A DNA stretch of 27,078 bases from Chitinophagales bacterium (GCA_035550455.1 DASZPC010000534.1:1-27078); one strand, 5' to 3'. Counted from the stretch's first letter, positions 8,638-17,892 are shown. Translations and numbers: made by a program. Notes: generated by a model from the sequence alone, not told the origin.

Positions 8638-9288
8638 ATGAACGGTAATGGAAGTATGGGCCAGGTTTTTTATTATACCATGCTGGCTATACATATTGCC
8701 AGTGGGGGCGCCGCCTTAATAACAGGGCTTATTCCGCTTTTTTCGGCTAAGGGCGGCAAACTGCACCGCCGGGCGGGCCTGGTGTTTTATTATGCCATGA
8801 TGGCTGTGGCGGCCTCGGCATTTGTAATTGCCGTGGGCAAACATTTGAACTTTTTACTGGCCGTAGCAGTTTTTAGTTTTTATATGAACTACATGGGCAG
8901 GCGGGTATTAAAAAACCGGGGCGGAAAATTTATGTGGTTCGATTGGCTGCCTGTGGCAGCGGGGTTGGTAACAGGGGTTTACCTGGTAAGTACGTTGCAA
9001 ATTGTAGCAGTGGTGTTTGGCGGCATACTGGTTTCGATGGCGGTGCAGGATATTATTATGCAACTTAGGGGCGATGAGGCTATTAAAAAAGCGGCTAAGC
9101 TGCGGGTGCTTACGCATATATCGCGAATGGTGGGCACCTATATTGCCACCAGCACGGCTTTTTTGGTGGTGAACATAAATTTTGTTAAGCCGGGCTGGCT
9201 GCTATGGTTACTGCCAACCGCTATAGGTACCCCCGTAATCATTTATTTTACAAGCCAATGGCGGGCAAAGCTGAAACCGGCTTTGTGA
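8638..9288 (+). CDS. Membrane protein, DUF2306-like (about 6 TM, His-containing)
   Basis: IHIASGGAALITG...KGGKLHRRAGLVF, and later HISRMVGTYIATSTAFLVVN. An alternative start is the ATG at 8656. Confidence 0.7.
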   Translation: MNGNGSMGQVFYYTMLAIHIASGGAALITGLIPLFSAKGGKLHRRAGLVFYYAMMAVAASAFVIAVGKHLNFLLAVAVFSFYMNYMGRRVLKNRGGKFMWFDWLPVAAGLVTGVYLVSTLQIVAVVFGGILVSMAVQDIIMQLRGDEAIKKAAKLRVLTHISRMVGTYIATSTAFLVVNINFVKPGWLLWLLPTAIGTPVIIYFTSQWRAKLKPAL

Positions 9289-9343
9289 CATTTGTCCTTT
9301 TCGTTGAAAGGTTAATCTTATATTTTCGTCCATGTATTAAACG

Positions 9344-11410
9344 ATGTTGATGAGAAAGCTGGTATTGGTTGCACTGTATTTTGCCTTAACAGGATTTTAT
9401 TTTGCAGGCGCACAAATTGTACACCCGGTAAAATGGGCCTGGAAAGCCGAGGCGATTGGCAAAGGCGAATACAAACTTACGTTTACGGCTACCATTCAAA
9501 GCGGCTGGCCTACGTACTCCCAATATATAGGCAATGAAGGCCCCGTGCCCACCAAAATTTCTTTTGATGATAAGAATAAAGACATACAACTAAAGGGCAA
9601 AACCACCGAGAACGGGAGCAAGGTATACGAGGGCCACGACCCTGTATTTGATATGCAGATAAAGTACTTTCAAAACGATATGACCTGTACACAAGTGGTA
9701 AAGGTTTTGAAGGATACAAAACTGAAAGGTACTATTGAATATATGGTTTGCGATGACAGCCGCTGCCTGCCCCCCGATGACATTGATTTTGAATTTGACC
9801 TGAAAGCAGGCGATACAGGCGTTAACCCGGCGCCCATAAAGCCAAAGGAGCAGGGCAGTATTAAAAACAATACCGGGCAAAAAGCTTTTGATTCAACGGT
9901 GCAGGCGGTAATAGCTAAATCAATGGCAACCGATACGGCGAAGCAACTGGCTGTTACAGACGGCACAAAAGAAACCGCCAGGTTTGGAGAGGCCATCAGC
10001 AATTGTAATGCGGGCGTTCAAACCACCGATAAAAGTTTGTGGGCTATAATTGTGCTGGGTTTTTTGGGGGGGCTGGTGGCTTTGGTAACGCCTTGTGTTT
10101 TTCCTATGATACCGCTTACGGTTTCGTTTTTTACCAAAAGGAACGAAAATTCAACAAAGGGAAAGCTGGAGGCTTTTTTTTATGCCTTTTCCATAGTGTT
10201 GATATATTTTTTAATTGCCGTTCCGTTTTTGATTTTTAAAATATCGCCTGATACGCTGAACGATATTTCAACCGGTGCGCCGCTTAATATTTTCTTCTTC
10301 GTTGTTTTCCTGGTGTTTGCCTTTTCGTTTTTCGGCTATTACGAAATTACCCTGCCATCGTTTATTGCCAACAAAGCCGATTCGGCATCGAATGTAGGCG
10401 GGCTGGTGGGCATATTTTTTATGGCGGTAACGCTGGCTATTGTTTCGTTTTCATGTACAGGCCCTATTATTGGCTCACTGTTAGTGGGGGCTTTAACATC
10501 GGCCAATGGCAAGCTTAATTTAGTAGCAGGTATGACCTCGTTTGGCTTTGCGTTGGCCCTGCCTTTTGGCTTGTTTGCTTTCTTCCCCAGCATGATGAAG
10601 TCGTTGCCCAAATCGGGTGGCTGGCTTAACTCAGTAAAGGTAGTGCTTGGTTTTGTGGAACTGATATTTGCCGTTAAGTTTTTATCGAATGCCGACCTGG
10701 TGGCCCATTGGGGTATTTTGAAAAGGGAAACTTTTTTAGGGCTTTGGGTATTATTTGGCGCGGGTTTGTTTGCCTATTTAGTTGGCTGGATAAAGTTTCC
10801 GCACGATTCGGGCAAAGTAAAACTGAACGTTGTAAGGGGTACAACCGCAGTGGCGGCCTTGCTGTTTACTTTTTATACTGCTTACGGCCTGCCCGGCAAT
10901 TCGCTGCACCTTTTTAGCGGTTTCCCCCCGCCAAAGTTTTATTCCCTGTTCGGGGCTAAATCGGCCATTGAGCCTATTAAGAACGATTATGATGCCGCCC
11001 TGGCGCTTGCAAAGGCGGAACATAAGCCTTTAATGATTGATTTTACCGGCTGGGCCTGTGTAAACTGCCGCAAAATGGAAGAAAATGTTTGGCCCGATAT
11101 AGATGTGCGGAAACGTTTGCTGGACGATTTTGTGGTGGTTTCCTTATACGTAGATGATAAAGAAGCACTACCCGAAAGCGAACAGTATGTAAGCACTTTT
11201 TCGGAAGGGAAGAGGATAAAAACCATAGGAAACAAATACAGCGAAATGCAGGCCAAATACTTTGGCGCCAACACCCAGCCTTTTTATGTGCTGGTAACAC
11301 CGGATGAAAGGCTGCTTACCCACCCCGCCGGGTATACGCCCGATGTTAAAGAATATGTAAAGTTTCTCGACTGCGGCCTGAACACTTACAAGGCGCTGGG
11401 CAGTAAATAA
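9344..11410 (+). CDS. dsbD: Thiol:disulfide interchange protein DsbD, Bacteroidota type
   Basis: Signal peptide, N-terminal Ig-like domain with CDDSRC, TM domain with TPCVFPMIP and SFSCTGP, PKSGGWL, and a C-terminal thioredoxin domain with DFTGWACVNCRKME. Confidence 0.95.
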   Translation: MLMRKLVLVALYFALTGFYFAGAQIVHPVKWAWKAEAIGKGEYKLTFTATIQSGWPTYSQYIGNEGPVPTKISFDDKNKDIQLKGKTTENGSKVYEGHDPVFDMQIKYFQNDMTCTQVVKVLKDTKLKGTIEYMVCDDSRCLPPDDIDFEFDLKAGDTGVNPAPIKPKEQGSIKNNTGQKAFDSTVQAVIAKSMATDTAKQLAVTDGTKETARFGEAISNCNAGVQTTDKSLWAIIVLGFLGGLVALVTPCVFPMIPLTVSFFTKRNENSTKGKLEAFFYAFSIVLIYFLIAVPFLIFKISPDTLNDISTGAPLNIFFFVVFLVFAFSFFGYYEITLPSFIANKADSASNVGGLVGIFFMAVTLAIVSFSCTGPIIGSLLVGALTSANGKLNLVAGMTSFGFALALPFGLFAFFPSMMKSLPKSGGWLNSVKVVLGFVELIFAVKFLSNADLVAHWGILKRETFLGLWVLFGAGLFAYLVGWIKFPHDSGKVKLNVVRGTTAVAALLFTFYTAYGLPGNSLHLFSGFPPPKFYSLFGAKSAIEPIKNDYDAALALAKAEHKPLMIDFTGWACVNCRKMEENVWPDIDVRKRLLDDFVVVSLYVDDKEALPESEQYVSTFSEGKRIKTIGNKYSEMQAKYFGANTQPFYVLVTPDERLLTHPAGYTPDVKEYVKFLDCGLNTYKALGSK

Positions 11411-11511
11411 ATAGCTGCCGTCCTTAACACAGTCCACTTACCCAATAGCTGTGCATTTTAATATGTGGCCCTTTTGCCGGTATAAAGTGGCCTGCCTGTA
11501 TTTTTAGGTTC

Positions 11512-12678
11512 ATGATGTACGAATTTCTTACCCCTATTGATAAGGGAAACATCCTTGAAGGGGCCGAATTGCACCCCGGGCAAATGGGCAACTACATTTT
11601 TATTTATGATGGAAAGGAAGTTGACCTGCAGGATTTTAATATAGCCTTTATAGGTATTGAGGAAGACCGCAATAGTACCCATAACACAGGCAGCGCCAAA
11701 ACGCCTGATTTAGTACGGCGCGAATTATACAAGCTTTTTATGCCACCGGTTGAAAGGGAATTTAAGGTAATTGACCTTGGCAATATTAAGCCCGGCGAAA
11801 CCGTGCGCGATACTTATTATGCGATGGCATCGGTAATGATTGAACTGCTTACCCGCAAGGTAGTACCGATAATGGTTGGCGGCAGCCACGACCTTACCTT
11901 TGGGCAGTACCTTGGCTACCGCAACCTGAGCGCTTTGGTAAACCTGGTGGTGCTTGATGAGAAAATTGATATGATGCAGGAGCCGGGCAAAGGCATGGAT
12001 GCAAATTCGTTTTTAATGGGCATTTTTACCCATACGCCAAATTACCTTTTCAATTACAGCCATATAGGTTACCAAACCTACCTGAACGATTCGAAAGCTG
12101 TGGAGACGCTGGAGGGGTTGAACTTTGACTGCCACCGGTTGGGTTTAATACGCGCTAACCTGGAACAAACTGAACCTATACTGCGCGATGCGGATTTGCT
12201 GAGTATTGATATTTCGTGCATAAGGCAGGCCGATGCGCCCGCACATGCGCAGGCTTCGCCAAACGGGTTTAGCGGGGAGGAGCTTTGCCAGGTAACCCGG
12301 TACGCCGGGCTTAGCGATAAACTGAGCTCGCTGGGTATTTATGAAATTAACCCCGGCTACGATAATAACCGCCAAACTATACAACTGGCCGCGCAAATGA
12401 TTTGGTATTTTATGGAGGGGTATTACAGTCGTGTGGGCGATTACCCGCTTACCCTGGAGGAGCATTTGAAATTTACGGTACACCTTGATGATACCGACCA
12501 TGAGTTGATTTTCTGGCGGAGCAAAAAAACCGACCGGTGGTGGATGGAACTGCCTTTTGGCGATAAAGAAAAATACGGCCGCCACCAGTTAGTGCCCTGT
12601 AGTTTTGAAGATTACGAAATGGCCTGCGACCAGGAACTACCCGACCGCTGGATGAAGGCTTATACCAAGTTGACTTAA
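11512..12678 (+). CDS. Arginase/ureohydrolase-fold protein (formimidoylglutamase-like) with degenerate metal motifs and a C-terminal extension
   Basis: IAFIGIEEDR, IDLGNI, VPIMVGGSHDLT, LDEKID in place of DAHxD, SIDIS in place of SxDxD, SPNGFSGEELCQ, IYEINP, and C-terminal KTDRWWMELP. Confidence 0.85.
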   Translation: MMYEFLTPIDKGNILEGAELHPGQMGNYIFIYDGKEVDLQDFNIAFIGIEEDRNSTHNTGSAKTPDLVRRELYKLFMPPVEREFKVIDLGNIKPGETVRDTYYAMASVMIELLTRKVVPIMVGGSHDLTFGQYLGYRNLSALVNLVVLDEKIDMMQEPGKGMDANSFLMGIFTHTPNYLFNYSHIGYQTYLNDSKAVETLEGLNFDCHRLGLIRANLEQTEPILRDADLLSIDISCIRQADAPAHAQASPNGFSGEELCQVTRYAGLSDKLSSLGIYEINPGYDNNRQTIQLAAQMIWYFMEGYYSRVGDYPLTLEEHLKFTVHLDDTDHELIFWRSKKTDRWWMELPFGDKEKYGRHQLVPCSFEDYEMACDQELPDRWMKAYTKLT

Positions 12679-12679
12679 A

Positions 12680-13828
12680 TTACTTTACGGTTTTACAGCC
12701 GTTAAAAGCTGCGAATTTTACCAGTGCATTGCCAAGCGCTTTTTTTGCTGCGGCGGAGGGTTTGTTTTCGTAGTGGGAGGTTTTTACATACAGTACACCT
12801 TCTTTTCTGTCGGCCTTGCAATCAATACGGGCAATAAATTTATCGGCGTATAAAACGGGCAGGCAGAAATATCCGTATTTGCGTTTGTGTTCGGGCAGGT
12901 AACATTCAATGGTGTAATCAAAGCCGAATACCTTTTTGAGCCTGCGGCGCTGAATAACACCGTTATCGAAGGGTGATAGGATGTGAATTGACGAATTTTT
13001 TTGGGCCCGGTCCGCAAGTTCCAAATTAGCCGTAGTGGTGTAGCAGGTTGCTGTACCATAGCCCTCTACCATAACCGGTATTATTTCGCCCGATTCGAGG
13101 AGGACATCCAAGGCGGCATTTACCGGTTTTTTAATGTTTTTGCGCAGGTAGCCAATTTCATCGGCGGCGGCCAAGCCGTTTGCCCTTATGGTTTTCCGTA
13201 CCAGGTAAGCCGCGTATTCTTCAGGCGTGGGGGTTTGTGTGTTTACATTTTTTGGTAAAACCCTTTCGGTAAGGTCGTACACTTTCTGAAACCCTGAGCG
13301 GGTTTTAGCCATTAGCCGCCCTTCCATAAAAAGCTGTTCCAGCGCGCGCTTGGTGTCTTTCCATTCCCACCAGCCGCCGCGTGGTTTGGTGGCTTCAAAA
13401 TCTTTTGACTGTAATGGGCCTTCGGCAGTAATACGGTCGAGCACAAACTGTGTCATTCTTTTATTCCTGAACCATTTTATTTTTCCGCTGGCCCAAAGGT
13501 TTTTGCGTATTAAAGAATACCTGAAATCGCGCATGGGCAGGTACGCTGCTGCATGGCTCCAGTATTCAAAAACCGTTTTGTCTTTTTCAATCAGTTCGTC
13601 AAGGTAACTCTTCTTATAGTCGTTTGCACGCGCCCAAATAGTGTGATGGTGGGCCCTTTCCACCACTGAGATAGTGTCTATCTGCACATAGCCTAAATGC
13701 TCAATTACTTTTTGTGCGCCCTGCCTGCCACTGCCAAAAAAATTGTGGTTAAGCCCCTGGCAGGTAAGTATTAAGTGGCGCGCCTGGGTGTTGGATAATG
13801 CAGGCGGTTTATGTTTTAATCCTGCCAT
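12680..13828 (-). CDS. ycaQ: YcaQ/AlkZ (HTH_42) family interstrand-crosslink DNA glycosylase
   Basis: HLGYVQIDTISVVERAHH containing the catalytic QxD, VFEYWSHAA, YDLTERVLP, ILSPFDN, FGFDYTIECYLPEHKRKYGYFCLPVL and RIDCKADR. Confidence 0.9.
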   Translation of the reverse strand: MAGLKHKPPALSNTQARHLILTCQGLNHNFFGSGRQGAQKVIEHLGYVQIDTISVVERAHHHTIWARANDYKKSYLDELIEKDKTVFEYWSHAAAYLPMRDFRYSLIRKNLWASGKIKWFRNKRMTQFVLDRITAEGPLQSKDFEATKPRGGWWEWKDTKRALEQLFMEGRLMAKTRSGFQKVYDLTERVLPKNVNTQTPTPEEYAAYLVRKTIRANGLAAADEIGYLRKNIKKPVNAALDVLLESGEIIPVMVEGYGTATCYTTTANLELADRAQKNSSIHILSPFDNGVIQRRRLKKVFGFDYTIECYLPEHKRKYGYFCLPVLYADKFIARIDCKADRKEGVLYVKTSHYENKPSAAAKKALGNALVKFAAFNGCKTVK

Positions 13829-15132
13829 ATTTTTTCGAGGGCATTTTTACGGGAACCTTTTATAAGGATATGGAAATGTTCAGGCTTTAATTGTTGCAGC
13901 CATTGTTTTACCGCAGTGCTATCGGGAAACCAAAGCACCGCATTGTTATTTTTGAGGAAGCTAAAGCCATCGCCCACAAATACCCGGTATTGCAGTGCCA
14001 TAGCGGCCACCTGCCCAGCTATTTTACGGTGTTCTTCTGCGGCGTATTCGCCCAGCTCCATCATTTCGCCAATAATTACCATTTTATGGGAACCCTGCAT
14101 GGCCTCGAAATTTTTAAGCGCCGCGTTAAGGCTGCTGGGGTTGGCGTTGTAGGCGTCAGCAATAATTATATTGCTGCCAAAGCTTAACTTTTGCGAGCGG
14201 TTATTAGCAGGGGTATAATTTTCAATAGCCTCTTTTATTTGCGCCATTGGAACCCCGAAATATTTACCAATGCAAATGGCGCTCAGCACATTTTCGAAAT
14301 TATAAGCGCCTACCAGGTTAGTGGAAATGGAAACGGAATGGTGGTTATCTAAAACAGATAGCGAAAGGAACCCGCCGGTATCTGTTTTTTCAGCGCGGCA
14401 AAAAACACCTTCGGCAGTGCCGTAAGAAATGACCGCATTTGTATCGGTAATTTGTGTAAGCAGCTTGGCAAACAGGATGGGGTTATCGGCATTTACAAAA
14501 ACCTTTCCGTTGTTTTTTGCCAGGTATTGATATAGTTCGGTTTTGCCTTTTACCACCCCTTCAAAACCACCGAAGCCTTCCAGGTGGGCATGGCCCACAT
14601 TGGTTATAAGCCCATAGTTTGGGGCGGTGTATTGGCAGTACGAGGCAATTTCGAGTTGATGATTGGCGCCCATTTCAATTACGGCAAACTGCACATCATC
14701 TTTTATAGCAAGCAGGGTTAGGGGAATACCAATCTGGTTATTCAGGTTACCTTTTGTAGCATAGGTTACGTACTTTTTTGAAAGCACGGCGGCCACCAAC
14801 TCTTTAGTAGTGGTTTTACCGTTGGAGCCGGTAATGGCCAGTACCGGGCATTTTAACTGCTGCCGGTGGTAGCCTGCCAGTTGTTGCAGGATTTGGAGCG
14901 TGTTGCTGACCAGAATTAAGCCATCGCCAAATTCGTTTTGCCAATCCGGGTTTATCAATTCGTCAACCACTACATATTTAGCCCCTTTTGCAAATGCTTC
15001 GGCAGCAAACCGGTTGGCATTAAACTTTTCGCCTTTAAGCGCAAAAAAAATATTGCCTTGTGCAATAGCACGGGTATCGGTGGTAAGGCCGGTAGATTGA
15101 AGGAACCGGTTATGTAGCTCGGCTATTTGCAT
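13816..15132 (-). CDS. murF: UDP-N-acetylmuramoyl-tripeptide--D-alanyl-D-alanine ligase
   Basis: TDTRAI, FFALKGEKFNAN, P-loop AITGSNGKTTTKE, GNLNNQIGIPLTLL, IEMGANH, NVGHAHLEGFG, DAYNANPSS and LIKGSR. The ATG at 15132 is preferred to TTG at 15138. Confidence 0.98.
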   Translation of the reverse strand: MQIAELHNRFLQSTGLTTDTRAIAQGNIFFALKGEKFNANRFAAEAFAKGAKYVVVDELINPDWQNEFGDGLILVSNTLQILQQLAGYHRQQLKCPVLAITGSNGKTTTKELVAAVLSKKYVTYATKGNLNNQIGIPLTLLAIKDDVQFAVIEMGANHQLEIASYCQYTAPNYGLITNVGHAHLEGFGGFEGVVKGKTELYQYLAKNNGKVFVNADNPILFAKLLTQITDTNAVISYGTAEGVFCRAEKTDTGGFLSLSVLDNHHSVSISTNLVGAYNFENVLSAICIGKYFGVPMAQIKEAIENYTPANNRSQKLSFGSNIIIADAYNANPSSLNAALKNFEAMQGSHKMVIIGEMMELGEYAAEEHRKIAGQVAAMALQYRVFVGDGFSFLKNNNAVLWFPDSTAVKQWLQQLKPEHFHILIKGSRKNALEKIWQD

Positions 15133-15160
15133 AAACAATATTCGGGCAACTATTTTACAT

Positions 15161-15191
15161 AAAAAACCCCGAAGGTTGGCTTCGGGGTTTT
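15161..15191 (-). terminator. Rho-independent terminator downstream of gldJ
   Basis: The minus strand reads AAAACCCCGAAG-CCAAC-CTTCGGGGTTTT-TT, a perfect 12-bp stem running into a U-tract, about 20 nt after the gldJ stop. Confidence 0.88.
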
Positions 15192-15211
15192 CTTATATCA
15201 ATGTTTATTGA

Positions 15212-16711
15212 TTATCCTTTCATTTTGCGTTTGCCCTTCTCGCTGGGGAAGTTGTTGCCGCCTTTGTTGCCTTTCTGGAAGTTACCGGCAGGCGAGCCTA
15301 CGCGGTCCATAGCGCAACGGAAACCGAGGTCGTCGGTAGAAAGAGATTGGTCTAAGAACCTCCTTGCACCAGGTGCCAGGTAGTAAGCGCGGTCTTTCCA
15401 GCTTCCGCCTTTGTAAACGCGCACATCGTTATTAACCATTGACGACAAACCGAATTTGTAATCAACGTTAGAAACCTCATCACCATCAAGGTAATCGCGC
15501 ACATCGCCACGGCGATAGTTGCGGCGGTTGGCACTTTCTTCCTGAGTTACCGGGCGATAAACAATGTGGCCCAGGCTGTCTTTATCAACCGGGTTGCCAT
15601 CGGCATCAAGTACTTTTGTTTGATATTGGTTACCACGGAAACTGCGGAAATCGCTGGCATCGATGCTGGTCATTGGGCGGTAAACATCCAATACCCATTC
15701 GTTTACGTTACCGGCCATGTTATACAAACCAAAGTCATTAGGCATAAACGATTTTACAGGGGCAGTAATATCGGCGTTATCGTTCAGTTTACCGGCAACA
15801 CCCATGTTATCGCCACGGCCACGTTTAAAGTTAGCCAGGAAAGAACCTTGCCACTGGCCTGATTTAGGATAGCGGGTAGAGGTACCGTTCCAAGGGTAAA
15901 TGCGGCGGTCGGTAATACGTTCTTCGCTGCTGGCTGGCTGGTTGCCAATTAAACCAAGTGCGGCATATTCCCATTCAGCCTCGGTGGGCAGGCGGTAGTT
16001 AGGCAGCATAATACCATCTTCCATGCGCGCATGGCGGGTACCGGTTCCGCTTGGGTTAAGGTCTTTAATAGGCCTTTTACCGGCAGCGCCTTCGTATTTG
16101 CCTAATTCGTAGGCTTCGGTATTGAAGTTATCGCTACCAACCTGCGAAGGATTTTCGGCAAGTACCCCTTTATTAATTAAAATCCTTTCGTTAACACGGT
16201 CAGACCTCCACGAAGCAAAGTCGTTAGCCTGTAACCAGTTAACCCCTACTACCGGATAAAAATCGTAAGCAGGGTGGCGGAAATAATATTCAACGTAAGG
16301 CTCGTTATAGGCCAGGTTATCGCGCCATACCAGTGTATCGGGCAGGGCTTTATTTACCACTTCAGGGAAATCGGCGCCAAACACGCGGTTCATCCAGTAA
16401 AGGTACTCGCGGTAGTGCACGTTGGCAATTTCAGTTTCATCAATGTAGTACGAGCTAACCGTAATACGGCGTGGTACGGTATTCCAATCGTACATCACAT
16501 CCTGTTCGGTGTTGCCCATTACAAAGGTGCCGCCCTGTATAAAAACAAGACCCGGCCCTGTTTCCTGGCCTTTGTAATCTGTAACCTGGAAGCCCCCATT
16601 CTTGGAATCGTTATAATTCCATCCGGTTACAGATGACTGCTTCTTGCTGCAGGAGGAGATAACCACCACTACTGCCAAAGCAAGCATCAGTTTAAAATTG
16701 AGAAGTTTCAT
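15212..16711 (-). CDS. gldJ: Gliding motility lipoprotein GldJ (FGE-sulfatase/SUMF1 fold)
   Basis: Lipobox VISS|C21, SSVTGWNYND..NGGF, GPGLVFIQGGTFVMG, YYIDETEIAN, YPVVGVNW, YRLPTEAEWEYAA, FGLYNMAGNVNEWV, KGGSWKD and GFRCAM. The murF-gldJ-porU-porV neighbourhood is the known context for GldJ rather than GldK. Confidence 0.93.
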   Translation of the reverse strand: MKLLNFKLMLALAVVVVISSCSKKQSSVTGWNYNDSKNGGFQVTDYKGQETGPGLVFIQGGTFVMGNTEQDVMYDWNTVPRRITVSSYYIDETEIANVHYREYLYWMNRVFGADFPEVVNKALPDTLVWRDNLAYNEPYVEYYFRHPAYDFYPVVGVNWLQANDFASWRSDRVNERILINKGVLAENPSQVGSDNFNTEAYELGKYEGAAGKRPIKDLNPSGTGTRHARMEDGIMLPNYRLPTEAEWEYAALGLIGNQPASSEERITDRRIYPWNGTSTRYPKSGQWQGSFLANFKRGRGDNMGVAGKLNDNADITAPVKSFMPNDFGLYNMAGNVNEWVLDVYRPMTSIDASDFRSFRGNQYQTKVLDADGNPVDKDSLGHIVYRPVTQEESANRRNYRRGDVRDYLDGDEVSNVDYKFGLSSMVNNDVRVYKGGSWKDRAYYLAPGARRFLDQSLSTDDLGFRCAMDRVGSPAGNFQKGNKGGNNFPSEKGKRKMKG

Positions 16712-16765
16712 TTTCCGAGAAGTTTAGTTTTTTAAAACGGTTTACACTTGGTTTTATAAAGGTCG

Positions 16766-16796
16766 CTAATATAGAATTTTAATTTCCAAAATCAAA
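16766..16796 (-). promoter_or_regulatory. Putative Bacteroidota sigma70 promoter for gldJ
   Basis: The minus strand reads TTTG-N19-TATATTAG against the consensus TTTG-N19-21-TAnnTTTG (one mismatch). The -33 box overlaps the PorP/SprF stop codon. Confidence 0.4.
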
Positions 16797-17826
16797 AATT
16801 CAAAATATCGGGACAAGGCATGTATCCTTTGTTCCTTTTTGGGTTCAGGGAGTTGTCGTCGCCGGTCCAGTTGAACGTAAAGGAAAGTTCGTGTGTACCA
16901 CCGGTTTTACCCAAAAGTTTCGAAATAGTGTAATCGTAGCTATATCCCACCCTGAACTTGCCTTTTTTTACCCCAACGTAGCCAATAACAGCATCGGAGT
17001 TGTTAATAACGTTTCTGTAACCGAGCCCGAAATAGGCAAAGCTGATACCTGTTAAAAAGGTAGCCTCAGCCTGGAAATATTTTCCCTGGTTTACGAGTAA
17101 AACGTTGGGCGATACCCAAATATTGTAGCGGAGGTCGTGAGCGTGTTTTACGTTCCACAAGCCACCAAAGTGTACTACAAAATTCATAGGGGTTGGAACA
17201 ACGGCGGCATTGGTAAAAGATACTTTGTGCATCAGCAAATTATTAACGGCAAAACCGCCATAAAGTTGCTCGGTAAAAATGACAAAACCCGCCGACATAT
17301 CGCCTGTATTGGTGCTGGTGCGTGAGGCGGTTTCGGCGGTGGGGTTAGGTATGTTTACGTTGTTATAGAAACCGGTAAGGGGGTCTATCATATCGCTCCA
17401 CAGCAATTCGTTCCATTTAATGCCGGTGTGGATGTAAGTGCCTTCCAGGCCAATTTTCATGGCTACATGGCGGTTAAATTTTATTTGCTGGGCATAAATA
17501 AGGCTGGCTTTATAGCTGCCGTACAGGCCATTGGCAATTTGGTCGCCTACAAAAAGGGCGCCTATGCCTGCGCGGATAGGGTCGATATGCATATCAAACC
17601 CGGCCATATAAGTAGAGAAACCGCCGTTAAAGCCATCGCCCAGGCCACTCCATTGGTTACGGTAATTTACGGTAACCCGGGGCCCGTACGAAATGCCCGC
17701 CAAAGCCGGGTTTAGGTGCAGCGGTGCGCAGAAATACTGCGACATTTCAGGGTCCTGCGAAAAAAGTTTGCCGGTAAAGCAAAAGAGCAGAAAAACTAAA
17801 GCGATATAATTAGGTTTGCGCCTCAA
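16792..17826 (-). CDS. Type IX secretion system outer-membrane protein, PorP/SprF family
   Basis: Signal peptide then QDPEMSQYFCAPLHLNPALAG, NYRNQW, alternating beta-strands, GYSYDYTISKL..TGGTHELS and a C-terminal CP motif. TTG start. Confidence 0.92.
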   Translation of the reverse strand: MRRKPNYIALVFLLFCFTGKLFSQDPEMSQYFCAPLHLNPALAGISYGPRVTVNYRNQWSGLGDGFNGGFSTYMAGFDMHIDPIRAGIGALFVGDQIANGLYGSYKASLIYAQQIKFNRHVAMKIGLEGTYIHTGIKWNELLWSDMIDPLTGFYNNVNIPNPTAETASRTSTNTGDMSAGFVIFTEQLYGGFAVNNLLMHKVSFTNAAVVPTPMNFVVHFGGLWNVKHAHDLRYNIWVSPNVLLVNQGKYFQAEATFLTGISFAYFGLGYRNVINNSDAVIGYVGVKKGKFRVGYSYDYTISKLLGKTGGTHELSFTFNWTGDDNSLNPKRNKGYMPCPDILNF

Positions 17827-17892
17827 ATACTTTAATTGTTAATGAAATAAAACTAAAAAGGCTGCGTTTTATTGCGCGCCTTGCAAAAGTGC

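Noticed and set aside
12145-12585. 146-aa antisense ORF, and the other 60-130 aa nested ORFs in the track
   Set aside because: All lie within well-supported genes on another frame or strand and show no recognisable domains.
15212-16711. Calling the FGE-fold lipoprotein a formylglycine-generating enzyme linked to the sulfotransferase, or GldK
   Set aside because: The lipobox, the TGWNYND..NGGF start and the murF/porU/porV context fit GldJ, no gldLMN follow, and the sulfotransferase is more than 9 kb away.
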